From Prochloraceae cyanobacterium PL24a_bin.78 (lineage in GTDB: Bacteria > Cyanobacteriota > Cyanobacteriia > Cyanobacteriales > JANQIW01): a stretch of 64,000 nt of DNA. Positions 48,799-58,989 of this stretch are shown in pieces; position 1 is the first letter of the stretch; each line of letters begins with the position of its first letter. The notes under the pieces were generated by a model. It ran no database searches. It was given only the letters and a program-made list of their open reading frames with translations, and had not been told where the DNA came from. The translations under genes were made by a program, and so were the position numbers. The stretch lies in contig JANQIW010000139.1 in the NCBI GenBank assembly GCA_028281945.1, positions 1,593-65,592 of the forward strand, given 5' to 3'.

Positions 48799-49998
48799 AT
48801 GACCGCTAACGATACTACTCAAAATCCTATCCAATTTAAAGAGTTTACTGCTTTTAAGCAGGCTGATTTCTTTGAAAATCTGAAGCAGCCTCGATTTAGC
48901 GGTCAACTCTTGCTGACAGGTCCAAAACAAAGAAAATGGGTATTCTATCTATATTTGGGAAGAATAATCTATGCAACAGGAGGAATGCACCCCGTTCGGC
49001 GTTGGCGCAGAAATATCGCCGGAACCTTTCCTCATCTACCCACTCATATAGGGGCATTACAAGAAGAAATATCAAACTTGCCTCTCCATCAAAGCAAAAC
49101 TTGTTGGGAATATGAGTTATTGTGCTTATGGGTAGATCAGCAAAAAATTAGCATCGATCAAGCAGCAAAAATGATTCGCTCCACCATCGTGGAAGTACTT
49201 TTTGATCTAACCCAAATCATGCAAGTAACCTGTCAGCTAAAATCAGATAACGGATTATCAACTAAATTAGGAGTTTTAATCGATTCAGAACAAGTAATCT
49301 CAGAAGCTAAAAAACTTTGGCAAGCATGGCAATTGGCAAAAATAGCCGATCGCTCCCCAGATATGGCTCCTGTGATTACCCAACCAGAAGAGTTACAACA
49401 GCATACCTCAGCCCAAATTTATCAAACCCTTAGTCAATTATTAGACGGACAACAAACCTTAAGGGATTTATCAGTGCGGATGAAAAGGGATGTCTTAACA
49501 GTTACTCGCTCTTTATTACCTTATGTTCAATCAGGATTGGTAAAATTAATCGAAATCCCGGATCTTCAATCTCCAGTGCCACCTGATGATCCTGAAGTTG
49601 TCACAACAACAGTTACACATAAGCCTCTCATTGCCTGTGTAGACGATAGCCCCTTAATCTGTCAAACTATGGAAAAAATTCTCACAGAAGGAGGTTATAA
49701 CTTTTTAGGAGTAAACGATCCTTTACGGGCAATCGCTATTCTCTTATCTCGCAAGCCAGATTTAATCTTCTTAGATTTGATCATGCCTAATGCCAATGGA
49801 TATGAAATTTGTGGTCAATTGCGCAAACTTTCTTTTTTCCGCTATACTCCAATTGTTATTTTAACTGGTAATGATGGTTTAATCGATCGAATGAGAGCAA
49901 AAATGATCGGCTCTTCTGATTTTGTTAGTAAACCAATTAACTCAGAAATAGTTTTAGAAACAATTCGTAAACATCTTAAATATGAACCAGTAGAATAA
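48799..49998 (+). CDS. pixG: PatA-type response regulator (PATAN + REC), first gene of the pixGHIJL-like unit
   Basis: The track ORF starts at TTG 48727; the ATG at 48799 gives MTANDTTQNPIQFKEF. It has the same architecture as 47027..48226. Its position directly upstream of the CheY/CheW/MCP/MCP/CheA genes matches Synechocystis pixG. Confidence 0.8.
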   Translation: MTANDTTQNPIQFKEFTAFKQADFFENLKQPRFSGQLLLTGPKQRKWVFYLYLGRIIYATGGMHPVRRWRRNIAGTFPHLPTHIGALQEEISNLPLHQSKTCWEYELLCLWVDQQKISIDQAAKMIRSTIVEVLFDLTQIMQVTCQLKSDNGLSTKLGVLIDSEQVISEAKKLWQAWQLAKIADRSPDMAPVITQPEELQQHTSAQIYQTLSQLLDGQQTLRDLSVRMKRDVLTVTRSLLPYVQSGLVKLIEIPDLQSPVPPDDPEVVTTTVTHKPLIACVDDSPLICQTMEKILTEGGYNFLGVNDPLRAIAILLSRKPDLIFLDLIMPNANGYEICGQLRKLSFFRYTPIVILTGNDGLIDRMRAKMIGSSDFVSKPINSEIVLETIRKHLKYEPVE

Positions 49999-50220
49999 AA
50001 TGGGAAAAATATTAAATTAAACGGTTAAAAGAACGTTAGTAGAAAGTTGATATTATTTAGATAAAATAAAAAAAATATGTTGAAAAAGATTAAAAGCGTA
50101 AAAAATAAACGCCATTTAATCTATAAAAAACCGAAATCCATTGAGCAATATTGCTATAAAGGATAATTTATGATCGAGCAATTGTCAGTATTCTAGATTC
50201 TAGTTAAAAGAGGTAAATTT

Positions 50221-50586
50221 ATGGGTAAAGCCCTCGTAGTTGATGATTCCAAAACAGACAGAACAGTGGTAATCGACTTATTACAAGCAATGGGAATCAA
50301 TGTGGTAACCGCAGATTCAGGAGAGGAAGGTTTGGAAAAAGCCAAAAATGCTATGCCAGATATCATTGTCTTAGATGTAGTCTTACCAGGAAGAAGTGGC
50401 TTTGAAGTATGTCGCGAACTTAAAGCAACTGATGAAACTAAAAATATCCCCGTCATTATGTGTTCTACTAAAGGCAGTGAAATGGATAAATTCTGGGGCA
50501 TGAAACAAGGTGCAGATGTCTATCTCCCAAAGCCCATCGATCGAGATGAATTTCTCAAACAAGTTAAAACTCTAATTCAAGCTTAA
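50221..50586 (+). CDS. pixH: single-domain CheY-like response regulator
   Basis: 121 aa REC domain (ALVVDDSKTDR ... VLDVVLPGRSGFEVC ... MCSTKG ... LPKP). Confidence 0.85.
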   Translation: MGKALVVDDSKTDRTVVIDLLQAMGINVVTADSGEEGLEKAKNAMPDIIVLDVVLPGRSGFEVCRELKATDETKNIPVIMCSTKGSEMDKFWGMKQGADVYLPKPIDRDEFLKQVKTLIQA

Positions 50587-50594
50587 ACACTATT

Positions 50595-51164
50595 ATGGTT
50601 TTCGACTTTTTAAATTCTCCAAGTTCATCTATTCTCCCAACTTCTCAGCCTAAGCCTAGTAAAAATACCTCCAATTTGGAGCAGTTTTTACGGTTTATCC
50701 TTACCCCTGATACAAATGTCATGTTGCCTATTTCTCAGGTGACAGAAGCTTTAAAAATTCCATACGACAAGATTATTCCCATTCCCCATATGCCCCCTTG
50801 GGTGATGGGAGTTTATAATTGGCGAGGTGAAATTCTTTGGATGATAGATTTGGGCCATTTAGTCGGGCTTACCCCAAGGCATCAACAATTAGCTAGTTTT
50901 TCCACCCACCGAGCTATTGTCATCCATTCAGGCTCTAAAGGTGGTAAATCTAGTCAATCTAGAGGAGAAACTCTAGGATTGGTGGTGACACAGGTTGAAG
51001 ATATTGAGTGGTGTAATCTTGATGATATTTATTCACCTCCCAGTTCTTCTGTGACTGCTGATTTAGCTCCTTTTTTGCGTGGCTATTGGCTTAATCCTGA
51101 TGACGGTAATATGGTAATTACTATTGATGGAGATGCAGTTATGGCCGCAATGCCTAAGCCATGA
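50595..51164 (+). CDS. pixI: CheW-like coupling protein
   Basis: 189 aa with a CheW domain pattern (FLRFILTPDTNVMLPISQVTEAL ... MGVYNWRGEILWMIDLGHLVG). Confidence 0.8.
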   Translation: MVFDFLNSPSSSILPTSQPKPSKNTSNLEQFLRFILTPDTNVMLPISQVTEALKIPYDKIIPIPHMPPWVMGVYNWRGEILWMIDLGHLVGLTPRHQQLASFSTHRAIVIHSGSKGGKSSQSRGETLGLVVTQVEDIEWCNLDDIYSPPSSSVTADLAPFLRGYWLNPDDGNMVITIDGDAVMAAMPKP

Positions 51165-51434
51165 TTTGTAATTTCTCCAAATCTATTTATTTATTAATTA
51201 ATTAATGCAATCTTAAATTTATTGAGAATTTGTTCCTCATACTCCTGTTATCTAAAAATGCCTATGAAAATCCCCTCTTTGAGATACCTCCATCGGCTTT
51301 CTCTAGGTGTGGGATTATCTTTATTGCAAAATTTTAGGGTTTGTCTTCTATTTGATGAGTAAGTATTATTTCCTATGTGATTGAAAGTATTCTATCTGTT
51401 ATAGATAATTTTGATTTGGGCACAATATAACTAA

Positions 51435-51650
51435 GATCGTTTTTCTTTAACTATGATATACACCCTCGTGGGAGAATGGGAGATGGGAGATGGGGAGAAT
51501 GGGAGATGGGGAGAATGGGAGAGGGGGAGAATGGGAGATGGGGAGAATGGGGAGAATGGGAGATGGGGAGAATTCTGTATTATCTTCTTGTTTCTTACTT
51601 GTTACTTGATACTTAATCAACTCTATCAACCTTAAAGACTCTCTTGATAT
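51435..51650 (+). mobile_element. MITE-like element copy with the longest microsatellite core
   Basis: gatcgtttttctttaactatgatata ... about 100 nt of GGGAGAATG/GGGAGATG units (51470..51572) ... ctctatcaaccttaaagactctcttgatat. It lies in the pixI-pixJ spacer. Confidence 0.65.
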
Positions 51651-51816
51651 AAGACACAAATTAAAATACAAAGGTTTGAGGATATAATCCGAATTATTAT
51701 CAGGGTTTAATAGAGAGAATTTAGGATTACTAAGTATATTTACCAAAAATTATACTAGCTATTAAAACTAAAATGTAGAAAAATTTATTACTAACTTTAT
51801 TAAAGAGGCCTATTTT

Positions 51817-54800
51817 ATGAGTAAAATTTCTTCTAGTAAAACTCCAGAAAATTTTGAAACTCAAGAGAGAAATCAAAAAAATTATACAGAAAATGGTAAA
51901 GAAATAAATTTAGAAAATAATAATCAATCAGAAGTTATACCAGAAAATGAGGATGAGAATCTATCATTTGCTTCCTCATCTCCATTAAGTAAATTATCTT
52001 CCATAGAAAAACCCTCGAAAGAAATCTTTACTCAAATAGGAGAGAATGGTAAATCTACTGTTGATTTTAGTGAGATTGATAATTCTAACTTGTCTTGGTG
52101 GCAAAAGCAAACTATTCGTTGGAAAGCAACTACTCTTGGTATTCTAATTGGGGTTATTCCTACCATTATTTTAGGTGGCTTTTCTTTATTTCTAACAAGC
52201 CGAGAATTTGAAAATCAAATTTATCAAAATTTAGAGGAAATATCTACTGACTCAATTAATGCACTAGATATATTCTTGCAAGATAGAGTTGAATATATAA
52301 AAGAATTTTCAAAAAGAGAAATTTTTACTAATTCACAAATAGCTCAAATCTTAGGGGCAGAAGGTCAAAAAGAAGCATTAAATAAAATAGATCGGAACTT
52401 TAGTTTCTATGATATTGTAGCCATCATTGATGGGGATAATGGTGAAGTATTAATTCAATCAGATGTACAAACAGGTGGAATTCTTTCTAATCAAAAAAAT
52501 CAAGATTATTTTACTAAGTTAAATGAAGGAAATCAGTCAATCGTTATAGATAGCCACATCGAAACAAATAAGAAAAGTTATATATATATAGCCAGTAAAA
52601 TACAAGGAGATCTAAATAGGATTCTTGTGACGAGAATTCCAGCGGACAGAATAAATAAACTATTTTCATCATTTCAAGAGGATAAAAATATTTATGTGGT
52701 TAACAATGAATATGAAATAATTTCTTCAAAAAACGAAGAAGAAATAGAAGACAGTATAAGGGAAAAATATCCAACATTAGATAATAAAATAATAGAACTG
52801 GAAAGTAAAGGAGTTGAAAAACCACAAAAGATTCTTTTAAAAGAAAGTTTAAATAATCAAGATGATATTTTTGTACTTAATTCAATACCAGAAACGGAAG
52901 AAGAACATAGTGTTGATTGGTATATGTTGGTAGCAGAAGACGTAGACATAGCTTTTCAAGGACAAAGACAATTAACTTGGATTTTAGTATTAGAAATAAT
53001 CGTAACCTTGGTTATCGTAGCCGTGGTGGCAATCATTATAATCAATCGCTTCACTCGTCCTCTGGTAGATGTAGCTAATACTCTAGAAGATATGGGGCAA
53101 GGGAATTTAAATGCTCGGATCAACATAAAAGGAAAAGACGAACTAGCTATTGTGGGCAAAAACATCAATAACTTGGTCAGCAAAATTCAAGGCTTAATTC
53201 AAGAACAAAAATTATCAGCAGTACAATCCGATCTCTTGAAAAATATTACCTTGAAAATGGCGGAAGCATTAGATACCACTATGGTATTTGATATTGCCGT
53301 AGAGCAAATCCGTCAAACTTTACAATCCGATCGAGTAATTGTGTATCGTTTTGACGAAAACTGGCAAGGCAAAATTATTGCCGAATCAGTAGGGGAAAAT
53401 TGGCCAAAAGCCATTGGGGCAACTATTAACGATCCTTGTTTTGCAGATAGATATGTAGATAAATATAAAAAAGGCCGTGTTCAAGCGACACCAGATATTT
53501 ATGAAGCAGGTTTAACAGAATGTCATATCCAACAATTAGAGCCTTTTGCAGTAAAAGCCAATTTAGTCGCACCCATTATTGTAGATAACAATCTTGTTGG
53601 TTTATTAATCGCCCACCAATGTTCAGCACCAAGGTATTGGGAAAAAGGTGAAATTGAATTTTTTGGTCAAATTGCCACTCAAATCGGGCCAGCAGTAGAA
53701 AGAACAATATTGCTGGAAAAACAACGCATTGATGCAGAATTATCAAAAGGACTCAAGGATATTACTATTGGTATTGCTGCTGCCTTGAATACTGAAGCAG
53801 TATTTGATATCGCTGTGAGCCAAACTCGCTTAGCTTTAAATGCCGATCGAGTCATTGTCTATCGTTTTGATCAAGACTGGCTAGGGGAAATTATTGCCGA
53901 ATCAGTTGAGGGTAATTGGCCTCAAGCTATTGGTAACTTTATCAAAGATCCTTGTTTTGCAGATAAATATGTGGATAAATATCAAAAAGGTAGAGTAAAG
54001 GCCACAACAGATATTTATAATGCAGGTTTAACAGAATGTCATCTCCAACAATTAGAACCTTTTGGGGTAAAAGCTAATTTAGTTGCTCCTATCTTATTAC
54101 AAGACGAATTAATGGGATTATTTATAGCACATCAATGTTCTGGGCCAAGGGAATGGCAACAAGCAGAAATAGATTTTATGGCTCAAATTGCTACCCAAAT
54201 AGGACCAGCTTTAGAAAGGGTTGTTTTGGTGGAAAGGCTTCAAGAAGCAGAAGAAGAACAACGTCAAGCCAGAGAAAATATTCAACAGCGTGCCCTTGAA
54301 TTGTTAATGCAGGTGGATCCAGTTTCTCAAGGGGATTTAACTATCCGTGCTCAAGTAACAGAAGATGAAATCGGGACCATTGCTGACTCTTATAACGCTA
54401 CCATCGAAAGTTTACGACGGATTGTAAATCAAGTACAACAAGCGGCTTTACAAGTGGCACGAGTTACTATCGAAAATGAAGGCTCTATTGGTTCCCTATC
54501 AACTGAAGCCATGCGTCAAGCAGATGATATTAATAAAGTACTCGATCGAATCCAAGGCCTAACAGCATCAGCCCGAAATGTAGCTACTAACGCTGAACAA
54601 GCAGAAGCCGCAGTTCAACTGGCAAATGAAAGTGTATCGGCTGGGGAAGTTGCCATGAATCGTACGGTGGATGGTATTTTGGCAATTCGAGAAACGGTGG
54701 CTGAAACCGCTAAGAAGGTAAAACGTTTAGGGGAATCTTCCCAAAGAATTTCTAAGGTGGTTAACTTGATTGGTAGTTTTGCCGATCAAACTAACCTTTT

Positions 54801-55266
54801 GGCTTTAAATGCTTCCATTGAGGCGGCACACGCAGGAGAAGAAGGCCGAGGTTTTGCGGTGGTTGCAGAAGAAGTTCGATCGCTGGCTCGTCAGTCGGCT
54901 GAAGCAACGGCTGAAATTGAAAAAGTGGTGGTGGAAATTCAAGAAGAAACTAATGAAGTGGTAAAAGCTATGGAAGCAGGTACAGAACAAGTGGTAACTG
55001 GTACTAAACTGGTGGAAGAAACACGAGCTTCTCTGAACCAAATTACTGCTGCTAGTGCTCAAATTAACCAATTAGTAACAGCTATTGCTGCTGCTGCTAC
55101 GGAACAATCTTTAACTTCTGAGGAGGTAACTGAGACGATGACTGATGTGGCTTCTATTTCTAATAATACTTCTATGGCAGCTTCTGATGTGACTGATTCT
55201 TTTAAAGAATTATTAAAAGTTGCGCAAAAATTGCAAGATTCTGTGGGTAAATTTAAAGTTAATTAA
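51817..55266 (+). CDS. pixJ: PixJ-like photoreceptor MCP: 2 TM + HAMP + two DXCF-type cyanobacteriochrome GAF domains + MCP signalling domain
   Basis: 1149 aa. GAF1 has DPCF (Cys codon 53437..53439) and TECH (Cys 53521..53523). GAF2 has DPCF (53953..53955) and TECH (54037..54039). The MCP core is [35 protein letters not shown]. Confidence 0.88.
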   Translation: MSKISSSKTPENFETQERNQKNYTENGKEINLENNNQSEVIPENEDENLSFASSSPLSKLSSIEKPSKEIFTQIGENGKSTVDFSEIDNSNLSWWQKQTIRWKATTLGILIGVIPTIILGGFSLFLTSREFENQIYQNLEEISTDSINALDIFLQDRVEYIKEFSKREIFTNSQIAQILGAEGQKEALNKIDRNFSFYDIVAIIDGDNGEVLIQSDVQTGGILSNQKNQDYFTKLNEGNQSIVIDSHIETNKKSYIYIASKIQGDLNRILVTRIPADRINKLFSSFQEDKNIYVVNNEYEIISSKNEEEIEDSIREKYPTLDNKIIELESKGVEKPQKILLKESLNNQDDIFVLNSIPETEEEHSVDWYMLVAEDVDIAFQGQRQLTWILVLEIIVTLVIVAVVAIIIINRFTRPLVDVANTLEDMGQGNLNARINIKGKDELAIVGKNINNLVSKIQGLIQEQKLSAVQSDLLKNITLKMAEALDTTMVFDIAVEQIRQTLQSDRVIVYRFDENWQGKIIAESVGENWPKAIGATINDPCFADRYVDKYKKGRVQATPDIYEAGLTECHIQQLEPFAVKANLVAPIIVDNNLVGLLIAHQCSAPRYWEKGEIEFFGQIATQIGPAVERTILLEKQRIDAELSKGLKDITIGIAAALNTEAVFDIAVSQTRLALNADRVIVYRFDQDWLGEIIAESVEGNWPQAIGNFIKDPCFADKYVDKYQKGRVKATTDIYNAGLTECHLQQLEPFGVKANLVAPILLQDELMGLFIAHQCSGPREWQQAEIDFMAQIATQIGPALERVVLVERLQEAEEEQRQARENIQQRALELLMQVDPVSQGDLTIRAQVTEDEIGTIADSYNATIESLRRIVNQVQQAALQVARVTIENEGSIGSLSTEAMRQADDINKVLDRIQGLTASARNVATNAEQAEAAVQLANESVSAGEVAMNRTVDGILAIRETVAETAKKVKRLGESSQRISKVVNLIGSFADQTNLLALNASIEAAHAGEEGRGFAVVAEEVRSLARQSAEATAEIEKVVVEIQEETNEVVKAMEAGTEQVVTGTKLVEETRASLNQITAASAQINQLVTAIAAAATEQSLTSEEVTETMTDVASISNNTSMAASDVTDSFKELLKVAQKLQDSVGKFKVN

Positions 55267-55380
55267 TAAAGTTTATTAGTTATCAAGGGGTTAGTTTAAG
55301 TTGGATTTAAATTAACCTGAGATTTGTAGTTTTTATCAAGCAATTATTCAGTAATTATCTAGTAAATATCAAGTAAGATT

Positions 55381-58300
55381 ATGACTCAGTTTTCACCTCC
55401 TAAAGCTCCAAAAGATTCTAATGATCAAAGTCAAGGAAAACCAAAAGTTTCAAAGCTTTCCTTGAATTCTCAAACGACTAATTTTAATCAAAATAATTTT
55501 AATCAAGAAAAATTACCTGAAAAGTCTCCAAGTAAACCTCAATTAAAGGGTTTTCAAAAATGGTTTTATGATCTTCCTATTGGCAAAAAACAGTTAATTG
55601 CTTTATTTACTTCAGAGGTTATTTCTGTTGTGGGTTTGGTAGGTGTGGGGGCATATTTATTAGTTACTTCTGGCAGAAATCAATTGGTTAATCAGGTTAA
55701 ATCTGAATCGGTGGTTACGGAAATTAATTACAATATTAAAATCAATCAAATGGGTTTTGGTTTCCGTGGCCAATCTGAGAATTCGGCTATTATTGAAGCG
55801 GCTCAAACTGTGGCTAATGGCAGACAATTAAGTCGAAGTTTACGTGAGCAAGTTAAGGAAATTTTGGTTAATGAAACTAGAGCTAGAGAGATTGAATATG
55901 CTACTTTAGTTGGCACAGATTTACGCATTATTGTTAATGCTAATGAAGATCGAACTGGACAAATTTTTAATCCTAATAATTTAGTTCAAACAGTTATTAA
56001 TAATCCTGAGCAAATTAAAACTAGCGAAATAGTTAGTGGTGAGGAATTAGGTAAAGAGTCTCCAGAAATATCTTCAACAATTGGCGACAAAGATGCTTTA
56101 ATTCGTTATACTTTAACTCCTGTAAAAAATCGTGATACTAAAGAGGTAATTGGGGTATTAGTTTCAGGAGATATCGTTAATGGTAAAAAGGCTATTGTTT
56201 CTACAACTTTAGACGCTTTTGGTGATGGTTATAGCGGAGTATATAAATTAAAAGATAACGGTGAGTTTGAAGTAGCAACAAGCTTATTAAAAAAGGATGA
56301 TCTTAGTGAAGCAGAATCTAATGTCACATTATCAGATACCTCTATTTTAGAAAAAGCTCAAGAAAATCCAGAAGAAATAGTTACAGATAGAGCTATTTTA
56401 AATGATAAAAGATATACTATTGCTGCTAAAAGTTTAACTAATAATGATGGTGAACCAGTGGCAATTCTCTTGCGAGGCACTCCAGAAAGTTCTTTAAATA
56501 GTTTATTGTCAGAAAGTATTCAAACACAATTGGGAATAGCCATCTTTGCTATCATAGTTGATATCTTTTTGGCAATTTATTTAGGTAAAGTTATTGCTAA
56601 AAGGATTAAAGAATTAACTGAAAATACTCAAGAATTTGGGCAGGGAAATTATCAAGTTAGAGCTAATATTGTGGGTGAAGATGAAATCGGGCAATTAGCT
56701 GATAGTTTTAATAAAATGGCTTCTCAGTTAGAGCTAAATAAGGAAAAAATCTTAGCAGATGAAGAAAAAGCTCTTTTATTAGCAGAGGTTACAGCTACTA
56801 AAATCACTAAAAACCAAGATCTTACTCTAATATTGAATAAATCTTTAGAAAAAGCAAGGAAAATTTTAGGAGCAGATCGCTTAGTTATTTATCGTTTTAA
56901 TCAAGATTGGAGCGGTTATATTGCTAACGAATCGGTAAAACAAGGATGGATATCCGCCCTCAACGATAAAATCGAAGATCCTTGTATTCCTAAAGAGTTA
57001 AGAGATGAATATCTCAATGGTAGAGTGGTAGCCACAGAAAATGTATTTGAAGCAGGATTTCATGAAGATCATCTAGCTTTGATGAAAAGACTCAACATAA
57101 AAGCTAATTTGGTTGTACCAATCTTGAATCAAGGTGAATTATATGGTTTGTTGATCGCCCATCAATGTAGTAATGTTCGTCATTGGAAAGAAGATGAGAG
57201 TTTATTTTTACAAAGCTTAGCAAAAACCTTTGGAATTTCAATTGAGCGTCTAATAACTCTAAAGAATCAAAATGCAGCAATAAGAAATAATCAAATCCTC
57301 AAAGATATTACCGTAAAAATCAATGAAAAATTCCAGACAGAAGAAGTTTTAAATGTTGCAGTTGAAGAAATTCGTAAAGCATTAAGTATCGATCGAGTTT
57401 TGGTTTATCTTTTTGATACTAATTGGGAAGGAATAGTGGTGGCTGAATCAGTGGCTTCTAATTTAACTGAAACTTTTGGGGAAAAAATTACCGATCCTTG
57501 TTTTACTGAAGACTATGTAGAACAATATAAAAACGGAAAAGTAGTAGCAATAGGAGATATTTATAATGCAGGTTTAACAGATTGTTATATTGAACAATTA
57601 GAATCTTTTCAGGTAAAAGCTAATTTAGTAGTCCCTATTTTAGTTCAAGGAGAGCTTATTGCGTTATTAATTGGTCATCAATGTTTTGAAACTCGATATT
57701 GGGAACCTGAAGATGTAGTATTATTCACTCAACTAGGCAATCAAATAGGTTTAGCTGTCGATCGAGCTAATCTTTTGGAAATACAAAGTCAGTTTTCTAA
57801 GGAACAAAAGATAGCAAAAGAAGAATTGCAAAGAAGAGCATTAGAATTATTAATGGAAGTAGATCCAGTTAGTAGTGGGGATCTTACCATTCGTGCTCAA
57901 GTTACAGAAGATGAAATTGGCACAATTGCTGATGCGTATAACTCTACTATTGAAAGTTTAAGAGCAATTGTAATTCAAGTTAAAAGTGCCGTGGGTAAAG
58001 TAGCAGAATCTACTAATCTCAATAATAATGAAATTACCATTCTTTCTCAAGAAGCAATCCGTCAATCAGAAGAAATTAATGTGGCTTTAGGAGTTGTAAA
58101 ACAAATGGCAGAATCTATGGATTTGGTGCTAAGTAATGCTTCTCAGGCGGAAACTGTGGTGGAAAAAGCAACCCAAAGTGTACAAGCAGGGGATCAGGCT
58201 ATTACTCAAACGGTAGAAGCTATTAATGAAATTCGCTCTACTGTGATGGAAACCTCGGAAAAAGTGAAGCGTTTAGGAGAATCTTCTCAAAGAATTGCCA

Positions 58301-58812
58301 CCGTAGTTAACTTGATTAGTCGTTTTGCGGCCCAAACTCATTTGTTAGCTTTAAAAGCTTCTATTGAAGCAGCAAGGGCAGGTGAACAAGGTAAAGGTTT
58401 TGCCGTAATCGCAGATGAAGTACGAGTTTTGGCTGCTCAATCAGCGGAAGCAACGGCGGATATCGAAACCGTGGTAACGGAAATCGAAATGGAAACTAAG
58501 GAAGTTTTAGAAGCTATGGAAACAGAAACTCACAGGGTAGCTGAAGGTAGTAAATTAGTGGAAGAAACTCGAAATAATTTGAATCAAATTACTGCTGCTA
58601 GTTTACAAATTAATCAGTTGGTGGAAGCTATTTCTTCTGCGGCTTTTGAACAATCCCAAAATTCTAAATTTGTAACTAATGCTATGTCTAATGTGGTTTC
58701 AATTTCTGAGGAAACTAGTTTATCTGTTAATAAAGTATCTGGATATTTTCAGGATTTATTGGGAGTAGCTGAAGAATTACAAGAAAATGTGGCTAAATTT
58801 AAGATTAATTAA
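55381..58812 (+). CDS. second PixJ-like MCP with two divergent GAF domains
   Basis: 1143 aa with the same architecture. GAF1 has DPCI but HEDH in place of the canonical Cys-His. GAF2 has DPCF and DCY (Cys kept, His replaced by Tyr). The MCP core is [35 protein letters not shown]. Confidence 0.85.
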   Translation: MTQFSPPKAPKDSNDQSQGKPKVSKLSLNSQTTNFNQNNFNQEKLPEKSPSKPQLKGFQKWFYDLPIGKKQLIALFTSEVISVVGLVGVGAYLLVTSGRNQLVNQVKSESVVTEINYNIKINQMGFGFRGQSENSAIIEAAQTVANGRQLSRSLREQVKEILVNETRAREIEYATLVGTDLRIIVNANEDRTGQIFNPNNLVQTVINNPEQIKTSEIVSGEELGKESPEISSTIGDKDALIRYTLTPVKNRDTKEVIGVLVSGDIVNGKKAIVSTTLDAFGDGYSGVYKLKDNGEFEVATSLLKKDDLSEAESNVTLSDTSILEKAQENPEEIVTDRAILNDKRYTIAAKSLTNNDGEPVAILLRGTPESSLNSLLSESIQTQLGIAIFAIIVDIFLAIYLGKVIAKRIKELTENTQEFGQGNYQVRANIVGEDEIGQLADSFNKMASQLELNKEKILADEEKALLLAEVTATKITKNQDLTLILNKSLEKARKILGADRLVIYRFNQDWSGYIANESVKQGWISALNDKIEDPCIPKELRDEYLNGRVVATENVFEAGFHEDHLALMKRLNIKANLVVPILNQGELYGLLIAHQCSNVRHWKEDESLFLQSLAKTFGISIERLITLKNQNAAIRNNQILKDITVKINEKFQTEEVLNVAVEEIRKALSIDRVLVYLFDTNWEGIVVAESVASNLTETFGEKITDPCFTEDYVEQYKNGKVVAIGDIYNAGLTDCYIEQLESFQVKANLVVPILVQGELIALLIGHQCFETRYWEPEDVVLFTQLGNQIGLAVDRANLLEIQSQFSKEQKIAKEELQRRALELLMEVDPVSSGDLTIRAQVTEDEIGTIADAYNSTIESLRAIVIQVKSAVGKVAESTNLNNNEITILSQEAIRQSEEINVALGVVKQMAESMDLVLSNASQAETVVEKATQSVQAGDQAITQTVEAINEIRSTVMETSEKVKRLGESSQRIATVVNLISRFAAQTHLLALKASIEAARAGEQGKGFAVIADEVRVLAAQSAEATADIETVVTEIEMETKEVLEAMETETHRVAEGSKLVEETRNNLNQITAASLQINQLVEAISSAAFEQSQNSKFVTNAMSNVVSISEETSLSVNKVSGYFQDLLGVAEELQENVAKFKIN

Positions 58813-58989
58813 GTTCATAAAATTAACTAATCTAAATAATCATGGTAGGTTTTTCCATCAAAGGTTAAAATAATAACAAATATTCAGCTAACATTCTTAT
58901 TATTAATCTTTAATTAACAAAAATATTATCTCACCAAAATACAATCACCGTAATCAGGCTTTTGGGGAGAAAAACTAAGGAAAATAACT

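Noticed and set aside
51165-51434. 33 aa ORF (MPMKIPSLRYLHRLSLGVGLSLLQNFRVCLLFDE) in the pixI-pixJ spacer.
   Set aside because: It is short, with no ribosome-binding site or recognisable family, and is indistinguishable from chance in this context.
51447-51746. Track ORFs 51447..51746 (-) and 51453..51635 (+), with similar ones at 2327..2560 (-) and 5952..6170 (-). They give Gly/Met/Arg- or Pro/Ser/Phe-rich translations over regularly repeated short units. I also briefly considered whether this was a CRISPR array.
   Set aside because: They are translations of the GGGAGAAT/GGGAGATG microsatellite core of the MITE copies. The units are 7-9 nt with no spacers, so this is neither a CRISPR array nor coding sequence.
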